Below are positions 45,248 through 48,239 of a DNA stretch of 48,239 nt, piece by piece. How positions within the stretch are numbered: position 1 is the stretch's first letter; every line of letters starts with the position of its first letter. This DNA comes from Bacilli bacterium (GTDB lineage Bacteria; Bacillota_I; Bacilli_A; RF39; UBA660): positions 1 to 48,239 of the forward strand of contig JAVWBB010000002.1 in NCBI GenBank assembly GCA_036649735.1, read 5' to 3'. The position numbers and the translations under genes are program-made. The notes under the pieces were generated by a model. That model was not told the origin of the DNA, ran no database searches, and saw only the letters and a list, made by a program, of their open reading frames with translations.

Positions 45248-46597
45248 TTAATTCATAAATGGTTTAAATATATCATCGACAGTGTCTATTCCTTTTTTAA
45301 CTATTCTTAAATAACTTTTAGGGACAAACTTATAAAGGATAAAGGAACCATCTACTTCGTTATTATCTGTTAAACCTTTTTGTTTAAAAGCAAATATTTC
45401 TTTTAATTTAATTGTATCATCATTAAAGCCAACTACTTCGCAAATTGATGTAACTTTACGTCTTCCATCTGATAATCTTTCGATATTAATAACAATATCA
45501 ATGGCTTTTTCTATATATTCTCTAATTGCTTTAACGGGTATTTCTATACCACTCATTAAAACCATTGTTTCTAATCTATTTAAAGCATCTTGTGGGCTAT
45601 TCGCGTGTAAACTAGTTAAGCTTCCATCATGTCCTGTATTCATAGCTTGAAGCATATCAAACGCTTCTTTACCACGAACTTCTCCAATAATTATACGATC
45701 AGGTCGCATACGAAGAGAATTAATTACTAAATCACGAATTGTAATTTCTCCTTCACTTTCATAATTAACTTTACGTGTTTCTAAAGTAATAACATGTTTT
45801 TGTTTTAATTTAAGTTCAGCAGCATCTTCAATAGTAATAATTCTTTCATTTTGATCAATAAAACTAGATAAAATATTTAAAAGGGTTGTCTTACCACTAC
45901 CAGTACCTCCAGATATTAAAATATTTAATTTAGCTTTAACACAAGCATCAAGAAATCTTGCCATATAAGGAGTTAAAGTTCCAATTCTAATTAAGTCTTC
46001 AATATCACTCATATTTTCTTTAAATTTACGAATAGTCAATACTGGTCCATTTAGACTAAGTGGAGGGATAATCGCATTAATTCTAGACCCATCTAAAAGT
46101 CTAGAATCTACCATTGGATTAGCCGAATCAATTGTTCGCCCTAAAGGTTGAATCATTCGTGCAATAGTCCTGATAATATGTTCATTATTAATAAATGAAA
46201 CACTTTCATCTTTAATTAGTTGCCCATCTATTTCAATATATATATCATTCGGCCCATTAACCATAATTTCCGAAACACTTTTATCATCTAATAATTCCGT
46301 AATTGGTCCATAACCATTTATTTCATTATCAATTAAATTAAAAATATGTGTACGTTCTAAATTAGATAAATCATACCCTTCCAACGTTTTATCTATTTCA
46401 TTATTAATATATTCTGTCAAAAGAGTTGTATCCGGAATATTATTATCAATAATATTTTGAATAATCTTATTTCTTAAATTATCTAATAGTTTTTTATCAT
46501 GAAAAACTTGATAATCGCTAATATTAACATTAAGTGGCTTATAATCAGAAACAATATTAAACTCTTCCGATAAAGTTTTTTTATTCATGTTTATCAT
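45248..46597 (-). CDS. cpaF: CpaF/TadA-family pilus assembly ATPase
   Basis: GPITELLDD.SVSEIMVNG, Walker A SGGTGSGKTTLLN, TIEDAAEL, IIIGEVRGKEAFDMLQAMNTGHDGSLTSLHANS. Confidence 0.9.
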   Translation of the reverse strand: MINMNKKTLSEEFNIVSDYKPLNVNISDYQVFHDKKLLDNLRNKIIQNIIDNNIPDTTLLTEYINNEIDKTLEGYDLSNLERTHIFNLIDNEINGYGPITELLDDKSVSEIMVNGPNDIYIEIDGQLIKDESVSFINNEHIIRTIARMIQPLGRTIDSANPMVDSRLLDGSRINAIIPPLSLNGPVLTIRKFKENMSDIEDLIRIGTLTPYMARFLDACVKAKLNILISGGTGSGKTTLLNILSSFIDQNERIITIEDAAELKLKQKHVITLETRKVNYESEGEITIRDLVINSLRMRPDRIIIGEVRGKEAFDMLQAMNTGHDGSLTSLHANSPQDALNRLETMVLMSGIEIPVKAIREYIEKAIDIVINIERLSDGRRKVTSICEVVGFNDDTIKLKEIFAFKQKGLTDNNEVDGSFILYKFVPKSYLRIVKKGIDTVDDIFKPFMN

Positions 46598-47360
46598 CCC
46601 CTTTTATTAAAGTCTTAGCTAATTCTAATAACTTATCATAATCTTTCTTATCTTTAAAGGATAATGATTTATTTAAAATTAATATTTCTCCATCTAAAAT
46701 ATAACTGTCTATATTTTTAATATGAAAACTTTTAGAAATAGTAAAATCAATATTATGTTTAATAATATTTTTAATATCAAAATGACTAAAGTAATCGCGA
46801 TTATTATTAAGTGAATCGTTAAGAATAACTTTAATATCTTTATCTATATCTTTAAAAATAGCAATAATTGACTTTGTATTTTTAATATCTAGGGGGTCAT
46901 TAGTTAGCAAATGTAAAATAGTATCACTAAAATCTAATGATGTAATATTAATAGAATCTAAAATATGAGATGTATCAAGTATAATTACATCATATTTTGT
47001 TTTAACACTATTTAATATTAATTCAAGATATTTATAATCAATTTTATTAGCTAATCTTGGATCTTTAGGAGCACACAAAACATCGATATATTCATTATAT
47101 TTTTCTACATAAGTGGAAAAATCCTGATATCTATTATTAGCCATATCATCTACTAAGTTATAAATAGACACATCATTTTTTAGATTTAGGCTAACAGCAA
47201 TATTGCCTGATGATAAGCATAAATCTATTATTAATGTTTTCTTTTTAAGAACACAAAAAGTTCCCGCTAAATTTAAGGATAAAGTAGTTTTACCTACTCC
47301 ACCTTTCGCACTTGATATGGCAATTATTTTGCCTTTATAACTAGCCATAATACCACCCAT
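46581..47360 (-). CDS. ParA/MinD-like ATPase (CpaE/TadZ-like, lacking a receiver-like N-domain)
   Basis: It has the deviant Walker A SAKGGVGKTT. Its position directly upstream of cpaF, which it overlaps, is typical of Tad loci. Confidence 0.75.
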   Translation of the reverse strand: MGGIMASYKGKIIAISSAKGGVGKTTLSLNLAGTFCVLKKKTLIIDLCLSSGNIAVSLNLKNDVSIYNLVDDMANNRYQDFSTYVEKYNEYIDVLCAPKDPRLANKIDYKYLELILNSVKTKYDVIILDTSHILDSINITSLDFSDTILHLLTNDPLDIKNTKSIIAIFKDIDKDIKVILNDSLNNNRDYFSHFDIKNIIKHNIDFTISKSFHIKNIDSYILDGEILILNKSLSFKDKKDYDKLLELAKTLIKGDDKHE

Positions 47361-47373
47361 TTTCTTTTCTTTT

Positions 47374-47715
47374 TTATTTCTTTATTTCGACTTTTGACTT
47401 AATTTTATAAGTTTTAATTCCAATGACATTGCCAAAAATACTTTTAATTTCTTTACTATATGAAACATTTAAATAATCATCACCAATTATTTTTATATTT
47501 TCTATTTTTTTATCATTTTTAAGTAATAGTTTTTCAATATTAATAGTTTTATCTTTTAAGTAAGAAGAAGTAATTGTTTTATTGATACCATCTAAATGAT
47601 TCTTTTCATAAAGAATTAAAGACATATCAATGACATAACAACAAAACATTAAAAGGATTGGTAAGATAATGACAAAAACAACTAAACTTTGCCCTTTATT
47701 ATTCATAAGGTACAA
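47374..47715 (-). CDS. TadE/TadG-like pseudopilin-type protein
   Basis: The N-terminus MNNKGQSLVVFVIILPILLMF resembles the TadE/G-like N-terminal segment. Small secreted-type protein. Confidence 0.6.
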   Translation of the reverse strand: MYLMNNKGQSLVVFVIILPILLMFCCYVIDMSLILYEKNHLDGINKTITSSYLKDKTINIEKLLLKNDKKIENIKIIGDDYLNVSYSKEIKSIFGNVIGIKTYKIKSKVEIKK

Positions 47716-48055
47716 CTCTTTTTACAATAACTTTATAAGGATTATCTAAAATTAAATTTAAACCTGGTGTCAATATATCTACTAATCCATAAAGTTTAAT
47801 TGTTAAATAATTATCTGATTCATATGTTAAATTTAATTTTATTTTATAAGGATTATCTTTATTTACTAATTTAACTATTTCATCAAAGTCTTTATTTTTA
47901 TTTAACAATTCAACCACGTCATTTGTCTTATTTTCAATGTGATTTTTAACATAAATTATTTTGCCAATATCGATCACTGAAAATATTAAAAAGATAAGAA
48001 TAGGAAGTATTAAAACAAATTCTACTAGTGCTTGAGCTTTATCATTTATCTTCAA
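47699..48055 (-). CDS. TadE-like protein
   Basis: The N-terminus KAQALVEFVLILPILIFLIFSVID matches the TadE family signature (xVEFxLxxPxL). It uses a TTG start 5 nt after AGAGGTGG. Confidence 0.68.
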   Translation of the reverse strand: MKINDKAQALVEFVLILPILIFLIFSVIDIGKIIYVKNHIENKTNDVVELLNKNKDFDEIVKLVNKDNPYKIKLNLTYESDNYLTIKLYGLVDILTPGLNLILDNPYKVIVKRVVPYE

Positions 48056-48080
48056 TGTACCACCTCTATCTTATGTAAAG

Positions 48081-48089
48081 ATTATAGCA
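48081..48089 (-). promoter_or_regulatory. Extended -10 promoter element of the Tad-like operon
   Basis: Minus strand reads TGcTATAAT about 25 nt upstream of the TTG start. I see no good -35. Confidence 0.5.
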
Positions 48090-48194
48090 TCAAATTTCAA
48101 AAAAAGAAAGGACTAATTTTTTAAATTAACCTTCTTTATTGTTTATAATTTAAAAATTATTTATTGATATTATAAGTAATTTTCAATCATATAA

Positions 48195-48219
48195 AAACTT
48201 TGTTATTATCACAAAGTTT
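48195..48219 (-). terminator. Hairpin terminator of the gene upstream of the window edge
   Basis: AAACTTTGT-(7 nt)-ACAAAGTTT is a perfect 9-bp stem followed by T-rich sequence on either strand. It isolates the Tad-like operon from whatever lies upstream. Confidence 0.55.
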
Positions 48220-48239
48220 CTTATTTTATATTTAGAAAT

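Overview
Very AT-rich chromosomal segment from an endospore-forming Bacillota (Firmicutes) organism. Supporting evidence: spoVS, spoIIGA-sigE and ylbJ are present, tRNA genes encode their CCA ends, and full-length orthologs appear under the standard genetic code. I count about 50 protein genes, most of them on the minus strand, and 16 tRNA genes: 3 at the left edge, a solitary tRNA-Ala, and a 12-tRNA operon. Most of the window is housekeeping DNA arranged in blocks recalled from Bacillus subtilis: comEA-comEC; dnaI ... thrS with a T-box leader; ylbJ/ylbL; lepA-hemW; and yrzL-yrrK-yrzB-yrrL(mltG)-yrrM(trmR)-yrrN-yrrO. uvrC, folD, a class B PBP, a ZIP transporter and a NatAB-like ABC exporter are also present. 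There are three envelope-filament or DNA-uptake modules. These are ComEA/ComEC, a split type IV pseudopilin pair with a lone GspE/PilB-type ATPase, and a Tad-like operon (TadE-like x2, CpaE-like, CpaF, TadB, TadC) with no Flp pilin or prepilin peptidase in view. The only clearly accessory spot is 24.4-26.0 kb, between two independently transcribed tRNA units. It holds an orphan MvaI/BcnI-type PD-(D/E)XK endonuclease with no methyltransferase, followed by an unexplained array of 17-bp palindromes in tandem units. Other items worth a second look are a divergent RNB-domain protein with a novel N-terminal half, a 311-aa protein I cannot place, two tRNAs that appear to encode C at position 33, and several small unknown ORFs coupled to queH and natAB. 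I found no CRISPR array, transposase or integrase. All calls come from reading the sequence and ORF translations and recalling family motifs. No database search was run.
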